A stretch of 64,000 nt of DNA from assembly GCA_030141605.1 (NCBI GenBank), contig JAQGDQ010000162.1:186001-250000 (forward strand), written 5' to 3'. A program made the translations under genes and the position numbers. Positions 37,801 through 48,600 of this stretch are shown here, piece after piece. Below the pieces are notes generated by a model. The model ran no database searches. It was not told the origin of the DNA and was given only the letters and a program-made list of their open reading frames with translations. How positions within the stretch are numbered: position 1 is the first letter of the stretch; the number at the start of each line of letters is the position of its first letter. This DNA is from Tubiluchus corallicola. Lineage: Eukaryota; Animalia; Priapulida.

Positions 37801-40800
37801 GCTGTTTCAATTTATAACACACTTTGCAAGATATAACTTAATAATTAAATAGTATACAAATGTCAGATGGTGATCACACTGTTTCAGACAGTCATTCATT
37901 TATTCTCTTGTTCAATTTTTATTCATTCATTTCATCAATCAATCATATAATTATTCATTCATTAATTTAGTAAGTTAGATCATTAACTTATTAACACACA
38001 TTCACCCATTAAATCATTCAATGGCTTGTACATAAATTCACTTACTTTACTCATCCATTCATTCAGTCATCTATATACTCATTCATTCAATCATTTATTC
38101 ATTCACTACTTCATTTATTTATTTCTGAATGCACAAAAATGGCAAACTTGACTGGTGCATTTACAGTTTTCAACATATTCTCAGCTGGTTGGATTACCTA
38201 AACTCCTTGCAATTATTTTACAATAGAAAATATAAACTTACTTGGATCGCTGCTGTGTATTTGCAGCATGCGAGAAAACATCTGACCCACGTAATTTCTT
38301 TGACTCTGAAAAATGTATTGTTACAGCAACAACATGATTACAGTAGATTATTATTTATTTTGACAGGTAGGTCATAAATTACATAAAAGTATACACACAA
38401 TTACAAGTACATTTACAATTGTAATTACCAAAAAATATCTAAAAATAATAGAAGTACTACAATTACAGATGTGAAGCAATTCATTCAGTACATGTGTATC
38501 ATTTATACTTTTATTTTAAACCTGCAGTCAATTTTAGTTGTCTACAGCTCAACGTCCAAACGAATGTTAAACATATAGTTCTTTCCGAATGTGTTTAAAT
38601 ATTTCAAAATGTCTGAGTTCAAAATACACTTCACATAGAAGTTCTGTGAATTTTGTAGTTTAACAAATTGAGAGTAAGCTGAAGTACTAACTATAACACC
38701 AAAGTAAGGGATGTCGTAATCTAAACTCATTTGTCTAGCACTGCAATGATGATAAAATAAGAATAGTTTTCTAATACACTTATTGTAAGTAATTATACAG
38801 AAAGAAATTTCTCCATATGGATATATGCCGTAAATAAAAGTGCTATAGGTTTTGAAAAGTTTTTACTGCACAAAGTCAATGTATATCTGCCACAACGGCT
38901 GTGCACTGATTTGTTCACAATTTAATCAAACAGCCTCAATGATGACAAATTGATTGATACTGTCAGCCGCAGTGCTTTCAAAAAAAGTGCAAATCTCTCT
39001 ATGGTTCTTCAATGCAGCAACTCATTATGGCCTTTCAAATTAGCTTAGTTTTCCAAGTTTTACACCACCATAATCTTTTATTCATAATTTTGTATTAGTA
39101 GTTTAATCTTATACGTGGCAATCGACACATGAAAACAGAATTCCACAGAAAAGCAGTTACAGAGGCATCGTTATGGGACCAAGGACTGCTAAAAATATTC
39201 ACTGAACACTATAATATCAGAGATGGTATTTTTAGGAAACCAAATGTAAGGAAGAGCATGTGCGACAAACCGGGGACTAAATATGCTATTATTACTATAA
39301 AGACCAAAGTCTGTATAAAAACTCTCATAAACTAACAATGCGCATTATTTACCCTGCATTCTTTTTGATAAACTTATATGTTTGATAAGCCAAAACTAGC
39401 AACAAAAACAACATTTTCGCAATATACAAAAACCCGAAACTAAGTGTGAAACGTGAGGTGATTCGAATACATGAAAAATATAGCAGAACTTAGGCCAAGA
39501 TGCTCTTTGTTCGAGGGTTAGAAGTAAGCCATGGAAACCATGGGTTGTTAATTTACTATTGCACCTAGGACACAAGCACAATATACTGTCCCCAAAAGAA
39601 GCCAAATTGTGAAGAAACTTTCGTAAATTTCACCAAAACAACCTACCACTTTTTTGCAAAACTCGATGTGTGATAACCAGACCTTTACGTCATTCTTAAA
39701 ACGTTCCTGGCAAAACTGAAATGAGAAATCAGTTAGCTACTTTAAAATCACAAAATTACTGAAAGCAAGAGAGTCGATTATTGGAATTCTGAGAGTTAAA
39801 CAACAAGCAGCTTCAACTCGTATTATAGGTCACAAAATTAAGTATGTTAGCCGCTGCAAACGAAAAATGGTTTAAAGACAAAAACAGCTCATTAGTGATG
39901 GACGATTTGAAATTTTGTAATTTGATTATAAAGTTGTTCTTGTAATTCGATATCACGATCAGTCTTTTAGCAGAAATTTTTTAGAGTTCTAGCCAAATTT
40001 TTCAAACATTATAGTACTGAAATGTACCCTATATCTTCTTCACGGTATTTGTCGCTGTCTGCCATTATTGTACTCACAAACTATTTTTATAGACAAGCAC
40101 ATTTATTAACAATTCTATTATTACGTATGTCACCTGAAAATGAATTTGAAGATCTCAGTTTGCAATTCTGCGCATCGTGTAAGATGGGAAAAACAAAGAA
40201 AAAAGTGCAAGGATTCCGTTTATTTGTACTAAACACTGCCTTTCTGTCAGTGCATAACACGGATATTTTGCTCTCGATTAATTAAATTACTGCTCAATCG
40301 CCGATTATATTGATTTATAAATACATGGTTGTAATCTCCATTATTTTGATTGATTTCTTAATCACCCATCACAACAGCGCACCATAACTTAACCGTACTA
40401 CAAGCAAAGCAACAATTATGTGAAGCTGCTTCGCTTTGCTAAAAACTGAAACTTAGTATCTAAATACAAACAAAAACGACATACCGCAAACATGGGTTAT
40501 CTAGATGCCTTTGCAGACATGATAAAACCTATGTAACTAAAACTGTAAATAACTATATAGTAAAAATAATATTATAGACAATTATCGCAATTAGTGTAGT
40601 GTTTTAAGCTCTTACCCGAAATAAACTGTGAATTCTGTTAATGATGGGGTATTCTATCTCTTCTTTCTTGAAATGGTAACCAATTCTCTGTAAAAAAGCA
40701 AAATGTTGCCACAAATAATGATATTGTTTCCATTTCTGACATCACTTATTTACAATAAAAATTTTATGTAAAACGAGGTAAACAACAGAAATCTTCATAC

Positions 40801-43800
40801 TTCAAACAAGGATTTGAAAACCAGATTTCTAATTTTACAAACTGAGAAAAGTAAGAAAATTTAGTGACTGCTAGCTGCCAAAGCTCAATAGACAGGACCA
40901 AACCAATTTCATTTCTTTTTTTACAAAAGGAAATCAGATTCCAAGTGAGCTGCTTCTAATTACATAATCTGAAATCAAATTAAACCCTGACTATAATACA
41001 ATATAATTCACTTATGACGAAGCCTATTATAATGAGCCTCTGGTTATTACAAGAAAATTTCAAAGTCCCGCTAAATCAAAGGCTTAACTAATATATTTAA
41101 ACCTTATTTGTAGCGAACTCTGATATTATGAGATCTTGCTTATTACGAGAGAATTTTACCGCCCGGAGACTGTATTTACTCTGCATATAGCGAGCGTGAG
41201 TTCTAAAACAATGAGAAATTGGGCACCATTCACCAAGGACAATAAGGTCACCATACCTGATGGAGATTAATTTACTGATGATGCATAAAACAATGTGTAT
41301 CAAGTACAGTGCTAGTAGCTTCTGCAGCTAGTTGAACTGCTGTAATTGTAACTTAAAATCAGAATGAAGCAGGCCTAATGAAGCAGGCACAGAAAAAGAA
41401 ACAGTTTGTCAACACATTAACTTGAGTGATGTAGTAGAAGCCATTGCTAAACTTCAGCAATTTTTGTGTTTTCACCTGGCAACTGATAATGATGTGATCA
41501 AATACCTTTCAAAACTTGACAACTTCTTGAGTAAAACTGAAGAAATTGAATGTGAGCCAGGCAAAAAATAAACGAGTTTTTAAAAAACACACAGCCTTAC
41601 CTTGGAAAGTAGACAATTCCAAGACTTTTCACAGTTAAATTTTTAACAAAAGTACGATTTTAAACTGTGAGTTTACTTTAGGTAATGCATAGGCCAGCCA
41701 GATTGCAAGATTAGTTATTAACTAATGTAGGTTCATACAGAAATGTTCATAATCATAATTCGTATTCCATTGAACTTGCACAGCAAATTAAGTAAAAACA
41801 GAGATGTTTGTACCCACGCTAAGCTCAAACTGATAAAAACCAGTCGTGTTTTCCAGTTTCTACCCATGCAGGCATCCAAGATCACATCCAAATGATTGTG
41901 TAATACCCATGTAAAACATACTCAGCTATCAGCAGATGGCACAATGAAGAACATCACTGGTATAACTTAGAAAAGTAACTCACGCGACACTTTTGTGCAG
42001 GGATTTGCTAAAATACTGTAGTAATTCTAGAAATGTCACAGTTTGCACAATATATGTTTGCTCTTTTGTGATAAAACAGTTGTTAAACAGTAGCACTCAA
42101 TAAGAAAGTTATGCCAGGCTCAAAAGAAGATGTTCTTTTCATTGTTACATCTAACTGCCTTGTTAGCTTCATTTCTATCTTGTTTATACACTTAGACAGC
42201 TGATCTCGGCTATAACGAGACTCCGTTACAACGAGCAAATTTTCACAGTCCCTTGAAATTTGTTATAAGCAGATAATACTGTGTAAGCTTTTACAACATA
42301 AAGCCCTACTCTCATTATAAATATACAATTTATTTTACTATAAACTTACCGTAAAACTTGTTTCCTTTGCTTTATTAAATTTAAAGAACCACCATTTTTT
42401 AATTGTGCGAGAGACGAATGATGTTATAAGTACAGGATTTATAAGTCATGAGGTCATCAACGATCGATAACCAAAGATGCTTCCCTACACCTCGTACATA
42501 ATTCTCGCTCAGTCACACCAAAGGCGTGAAACGTGGCGATTTTTACAGCAATGTAGGTGTTCAAAAATCGCCAGAAAAAGGCAAGTTATTTAATTTATAA
42601 GTCTCTTTTGTTTAATAATGACTATGAATTCTTTGTGAAATCATAATAATGTGTCAAAAAAACTTCAACGTCTGTTGGGTTATATAGGCCTTTAATAAAA
42701 AAAATAAATATTTTCACTTTGTTATTACAACTTACGTAACTGTTATGCAGATCTGCCATCTCTAAATGACTAACCTTAAAATTGTCTTTATTCCAAATTA
42801 CAAAAGCAAATTACAGAAAGAATTTAAAAATGAAAATTTTAAATTTTAAAAGCTAATTTTGCTATATCTAAATTGAATGTGACATTTTCACACTTCGCCA
42901 GTTTATGGCACTAGGACTGGTATGTAATGTGACATTGTGTACTCCAGTGACATCTACGAACAAAACGTTTAAAACATTATCAGTCAGACTTACGAAAGAA
43001 ATATATGCAAAACATATTTGTAAAAAAAATATTGAAACAAAATTAAGCTGGTTTTTACCATTCTCCTTTTTCGTATCAATGCCAGAAATGTAATTTCATA
43101 CTGTGCATAGGTCAGATAATCTTCCTTTAGCTTTGTGCGCCTGCACAGTCGGTATTCAAATGCCCGTCGCTTCTTAATAACTTTTCTGAAACAATGTCAA
43201 CCCACAACATTAGAAATCTATACAAGGCACTATGTACAATTGTTACTATGGCTAAGCAATTAATTTGTTATATAGTTTTGCTATTTTGGCTAATGCATTT
43301 ATACTATTGATTACAATGAGAAAATTAAAAATATCACATAAAGAAAGTCTACATTGAAATTATGCCACTACTCAAACTAAAACGCAAATGTGATGGAAAT
43401 CTTTTCGACTGCTGTTATAATTGGGTGCACGTACACTGTGGGCAGTAAGCATTGTTTCATTGGTGGTTACGAAGTCAAGTCAGATAATATTTGGATCGAG
43501 CTGGAATGGAGCTGATTTGATAAAAGGTAACCCAAACTTTGTGGGATCAGCCATAGCTGGACCCTCTGTAAATGGCTATGAAAACATCGCAGAGCATGCT
43601 GCTGCATAAGAAAATGTTACCCTGCAGATGGTCGAAAGACGAAACACAAATGTCCATAGATGAAGCCACGGTTAATTCGGCAAATGCAAATTTTATTCTG
43701 TTTAGTTATATTGACAATAATGTTGCCTTCAAGGTATGGAGCTACAAAAAATACATTAAGAAATTTGTAACTTGTCATCTAATACAAAACCTAGAAAAAA

Positions 43801-45250
43801 AGTTGTGCAATGATAGCGATTTAATAGAGATAAAACTACCTACACTGGTTTACGGTTATCATAGAAGTGGCATGATGGAAACATAAATTCTTGCACCAAA
43901 AGTATGATGCTGGTGCTAGCTGCATCTCAGGGCAGAGGTTGCTACAAGTTCAACAAGAGGACATCATCTGAAGCTATATACGACAAGAGAAAGTAAATCG
44001 GTGCGACTCCACAGCTTTTCAAGCAGGGTCGTCAACACCTGGGACAGTCTGACAAATGAAGCACTTTGCATCTAGTATAAATATATTCAAAAATAGGCTG
44101 GATAAGCACTGGGCCTCGAGAGATCCGGTCTACAATTATAAGGCCGAATTGGGGCCTGAGAGATCTGGTCTACAATTATAAGGCCCCAGCTGAAGATTTG
44201 ACATCTGACATATATGCAAGATTTGGCTAGAAGTTTCTACTTTGTCAAAACATCCTAAGGTAAGGTAATCCTATTCCTGTAGGCTGGTGGAAAATCCTAC
44301 CAGCAAAACTGTACGGTAGAATAACTAGATACTGCTAAACAAATTTAGACTATGAAAGGCGGTGTTAATGATTCAGAACTGCAAATAATAATCAAAGCAA
44401 TTTATTTCGAACCAGTGCGATAAATCAGTTTTTAGAAAAAGTGTGTTAAAAATTAGAAGCAAAACAAAGCTGCGATTTTTAAGTAACAGAGTAGAACAAT
44501 GGAGGTAAACCAATGAAAGATGTTGTAGAATGTTCAGAAAAACAGTCAGCAAAAATACAGAGTAAAAATTAAAAACTGGTCACAGTCAAAGCAAGTTACA
44601 AAAATAAGTTTAAAGGAGATGACACTACAGAACATTTAATAACATGTGAAAAACTGAATGAAAGAATGGGTGCAAGTAATGCTGCAATTGATAATTTGCA
44701 TGTTGATAATACAGACAAGTTGAAGGAAGTAAATTTCAGAATTAACAAAGCCCTAAAAGTAAAAGATGTTGTTGGGAGCTGATTTTGAGATATAAAAAAG
44801 AAGACAGCATTACTAGACTAAATTCGGCCTGCATTGAAAGTAGGTGCCTTCCAGATTGGAAACCACTGATACAAGTCCCTATAATAGACAGCAAGGCAGT
44901 TCGCACAACTCCAGCATATGCAAGGTAACACACATTCTCACGGTAGACAGCGAGGCTCCTTGTGAACTGCTTTACATGGCAAAACAGTACATCGTGAACT
45001 GGTCCACCAGATGCAAGCGCGAACGTCCCTACAGTGTTTTTATCATTTGTCTGATCTATTAAATACGTTGGTCCGGCGCGACTCGTGCTCCCGTGCAAAA
45101 ACTGAGAAAGGACATCGATCAACTAAAACTAAGTAAACCTTTTAGACAGTAGACCTACTTTATTTCATCATCACTAAAAAGTCCTACGCGTTTTAATTGT
45201 TCCAACTCTGGGAGCATATCCTCTATGCTCTTTTGAACAAACTCGGCCAT
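19853..45250 (-). CDS. UTP6: U3 small nucleolar RNA-associated protein 6 homolog (SSU processome, HAT repeats), 14 coding exons
   Basis: Minus-strand exons 45250-45159, 43185-43059, 40687-40616, 39715-39647, 38305-38242, 35970-35852, 30498-30345, 29682-29595, 28979-28870, 28190-27964, 24069-23884, 21828-21608, 21433-21294, 20025-19853 join in frame with GT-AG ends. N-terminus MAEFVQKSIEDMLPELEQLKRVGLFSDDEIK, LWILAAKWEFEE..ARQLLQRALRFH and C-terminus IWIDYIKMEMTHPDGNPLGCGKLHWRAKKQL all match UTP6/HCA66 as I recall it. Confidence 0.95.
20551..20918. mobile_element. hAT (Charlie-like) MITE
   Basis: TIRs caggggtgtccaac ... gttggacactcctg, perfect 8-bp TSD ctgtagag on both sides, subterminal cgcgggccgga repeats. 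Confidence 0.9.
22225..22670. mobile_element. Tc1/mariner-pogo (Tigger-like) MITE
   Basis: TA|cagtcaacctcgg ... ccgaggttgactg|TA, with subterminal tcccttata repeats. Confidence 0.85.
25059..27937. repeat. 33-bp minisatellite, about 87 copies, in UTP6 intron 10
   Basis: Unit aacatgttaagtgattgtccgttcctttatccc repeated head-to-tail with a few recurrent variant positions and no unique spacers. Confidence 0.97.
32006..33240. repeat. Compound (CT/GT)n microsatellite in two blocks separated by an AT-rich spacer at ~32521-32630
   Basis: tctctctgtgtctctg-type runs seen directly; they explain the SLSVSL and RETER ORFs. Confidence 0.97.
33992..34278. repeat. 144-bp near-perfect tandem duplication
   Basis: ttgtacacgaaactgttatt...gctaggagtgcccag occurs at 33992 and again at 34136. 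Confidence 0.92.
36035..36710. mobile_element. Interspersed repeat (probable Tigger-like non-autonomous element); second copy at ~63170-63985
   Basis: Both copies begin gcttaatagactca(c/t)tttg..tttgatccaattaac and end gagtcaattat..gagttatttgagtca..acagt. Confidence 0.65.
37464..37612. repeat. 71-bp tandem duplication
   Basis: atgaaaattgtg..gctagagtcctattccgctcccaacacacggattatatgcatgtgttagtg repeated at 37464 and 37535. Confidence 0.9.
37890..38125. repeat. Degenerate (ATTC)n microsatellite
   Basis: Repeated attcattc/aatc/actc tetramers. Confidence 0.65.
40975..42281. mobile_element. Decayed pogo/Tigger-like element
   Basis: Subterminal ttataacgag-like repeats at both ends; 3' end cagtcccttgaaatttgttataagc..actg. 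Boundaries approximate. Confidence 0.45.
43870..44265 (+). mobile_element. CR1-like LINE 3' fragment
   Basis: Degenerate TRGH.LKL..., RVVNTWDSL, FKNRLDKHW coding remnants, followed by a short duplicated segment and a taagg repeat tail. Confidence 0.65.
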
Positions 45251-45623
45251 ACTGCTGCTGTCAAATTTTGCTAAAAATGAGTTATTTATATGGAGACTTT
45301 TAACTCTACAGAAGTTTCGAAAACGTGACTGCCCGCAAACGGAAGTCTTTCAACTGCTGTCTGCAACCAAAAACTAATCAAAGATTTCCCACATGTAAAC
45401 ATGTGGACCGTCACTTGCTCACGCGAGCTTACTAACATCGTCAGTATTATAGTGTTGGACAGTGTTAGGTCACTTTCTCGTAAGGTTTTCCTTTATGAAA
45501 AATTTTTTTGCCAGTAAAATAAATTTAACGTTGTTTGCCGTGGTTAGTTACTTTATACTATTTTATTTAATTCGCATTGTCTGGCAGTTTTGGTTTGGTA
45601 GTGGAGGTTTTGAATCTGAAGCA
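45251..45623. promoter_or_regulatory. Probable bidirectional promoter and 5' UTRs shared by UTP6 and the epimerase gene
   Basis: Divergent ATGs only 373 bp apart; ETS-like acggaagt at ~45339 and local CpG enrichment. Function is inferred. Confidence 0.65.
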
Positions 45624-48600
45624 ATGTCACAAGAACGTATATTGACTCTAAATGATGATACGTCGGCAACAGTTAATTTGTTTGGTGAGAAACATATTCA
45701 TATAATTTCATATTAGAATTTATAAACAAACAACTTCATATTAGAATTTTTAAATTATAATTGTAAGCATTTGAATTACTTAACAAGAATGTAATACTTT
45801 AAATATGTTTGATCAGAATTAAAGCTAGCCAGTAAAATTATGCAATAGGTACTAGGTACACGTGTGTATTAAAATTGTCTGTTGTTTATAGGTGCAACAA
45901 TTACGTCATGGATATGTGGTAGAAAAGAACTATTATTTGTGAGGTAATATTAAGTTGTTTTGTAGACTGTGCTTCACTGCTTAGCACTGTTTATCTATGA
46001 TTAAATGTACATTTTTTAAATTTCAACACCTTCAGCTTATTGGAATGTAATGTAATTCCTCGCTTAACGATGCTAATACCAGAAAAACGCGACTTCAAAA
46101 ATCATTGTTAAGTGAAGTCAAGACTTCCATAACAGTAATGTAAAAAAAATGAGATGTGTTCCAGAGACAAAATCAGTGCTGCTTAAATCATGGAATTATT
46201 CATATTTTCATATTTCTACTACCTAGTTTCTTTCTGTTTGCATGAAACTGCCCATTTTTCTTACCAATGCATGGCTAGTGGTTTTTTTTATTAACATTGA
46301 AGCCTTACGCATTTAGCAGTTAAACACTGCGTAGTAAAATCCAAGCCCTGGGTTTGCACTATTTTACGTTACTAGTGCATTTTTAGAATGGAATGGTGCA
46401 ATATATATTGTTTTAATGCCTCGTTTAGTGCAAAGTAGGAAAAAATCGTTGTTAAAATGAAATGTGCATTGTTAAGCGACATCGTAAAGTTGTCAACTGT
46501 TCGGTGTCATTAAAGCGAAACATCATTAAATGGGAAGTCGTTAAGAGAGGACTTACTGTAGCTGAATTGCTGGTTCAGGCCTGGATTTTGACCTTTGGGG
46601 CCCGAGACACATGGATATTGAACTACATGGCAAATAAGGAAACAAACTAAAATTAATGGATAGACAGCCCTTGCTGGGAAAAATATAGTTTGATTTCCAT
46701 GGAAGACTATAATTGAGAATAACATTGATTACATATTTCTGATGAATTCATTTGTAACTTCATTAGTTATTTTAATAACAAAACTAATCCATAGAATACT
46801 GTTTTGTGCAAGGGAAAGCTGGGGCCCACTTCTATGTTTACCCCGTCTTTATGTGATTCTGAACGTGTCCTTTCTAGAAATATATTTGAGCAGAAAGAGT
46901 TAATTGAGCTTGTAAGCAGAGAAGGTTACCTACTATGATTACATTATTCTGAGAGTCTAATTAATATTTTTACATGTTTTCCTGTAATAGTTGTTCTGGC
47001 TTGTTTTTCTATAAACGTATTTAATTATTATTTTTTACATATAATATGGCCTTTGGCTAACAAAGCTGTTTTTAGTTTGTGTTTAGTGACTGGGATTAAA
47101 AAACTGCGTGATAAACTTTGTGTGTCTGTTTTATATCTTTTGTGAAGCATAAACGTTCGTGATTAGTCTGTTATGCTAGCATGTGCGTTTTACTATATTT
47201 TTTGCAATTGTTATAACAGTATTATTGTGTGGTTTTGTAGTGTGTTGAACTATATCTAAAAACTTTTTTAAGCTGCCTAACTTTATTTGTTTTCCTTTTT
47301 GTTTTTAATTGCACTTCCTGTTTCAGCAAGAAATCTAAATTTGATGTTCTGCCTTTATACCATGGTGGAATTCCTATAGTCTTCCGTAAGTGTTTTGTAT
47401 TACTGCATGAAAACTGATACGACATTTTTTGTTCATGTTTTAGCTCCCAGTCTAAGTTTGATAACTCTAAAGCCATCCGAGGAGGAATTCCTATTGTATT
47501 CCGTGAGTCATTTATGTGTAACTGTTGTTTTAGAGGTCTTACTGTATAGAGGTGTTATCTCTTTGACTTTACAATGTTTTAGTACATGTACATGTCACCT
47601 TCTATAATTTGCTCTGTGATGTATTTTTTCTAATGAAGGGCAAGCACTACGACTGAGAAACATCGTATGTGTTAATTTTGGTGGTATCTGGATATGTATA
47701 TATATATAAGATTCGAGCCTACAGCTCTGATGACGGCACCATCTTTGGTGGTCTTGATATCGTGGGGGGGGGGCAAAAACCTCAAAAAATGGCCCTTTTT
47801 TGCCTGTTTGTTGCAAAATTTATATCTCTTATTTCTAGAGATTGGGAATAGGCCGTGGGTAGACCAATGGTGGGTATAGCAGGCTTATTTAGAATTCACG
47901 GCATAGTTACGACGTCCTGTAACGGGCGTTTTCTCGGCCCCAACTCCAGATTTTTTGGAAATTTTGACCGAATAGCCTATATAAAAATGTTCTATCAGCG
48001 CCTGATGGAACTCTTGGAAAGAGATATGTAGCTCTTTAGAAAGAGAAGGAACAGAGCTACATGGTGAAGTAGGTTGCATTTTAGAATGCCTGCTCCAAGA
48101 GGAGCTGTGACGAGTTGATTGGAGGTTCCATTTTAGGTGATTCTCGCGTAGAAAACTGCTGACATTTTGCATTGTTCTGACGTCATTCCATTGTACTCTG
48201 CTTATAACTTTGTAACTTTAATTCAGTAAAAGCTGCTGCTAGCTTTGCATTAGGTAAATAAACGAACATTATGTAGGATATTCGTGCATTATTTATTAGA
48301 AGTGGATTTATACGTAAAATATTAGTTGTGAAAATATAACATATTCTGACACTTACTGCATCAATGTTCAAATTCATGAGTAATTAGCTAATTCTAGTGT
48401 AGCTACATGGCAGTGTCACAAAATGTTGATTAACAACAAAAGCTAGTTGCAGCCTGGCGGGGGGCTTCTTGCTCATTGATAATGCTATGGAGTGAAAAAG
48501 ATAAATAAGTGCTGAAATAATGTTCTACGGTCTTTGCTAAATTCACACATTCGCACAACCTTCCAACTTTGTCCACTGATTCTTTGGATCTTCTGCCACA

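Noticed and set aside
43421-43700. Coding-looking, more GC-rich segment in UTP6 intron 1
   Set aside because: No recognisable protein motif in the frames I read, and it is not needed for the UTP6 reading frame.
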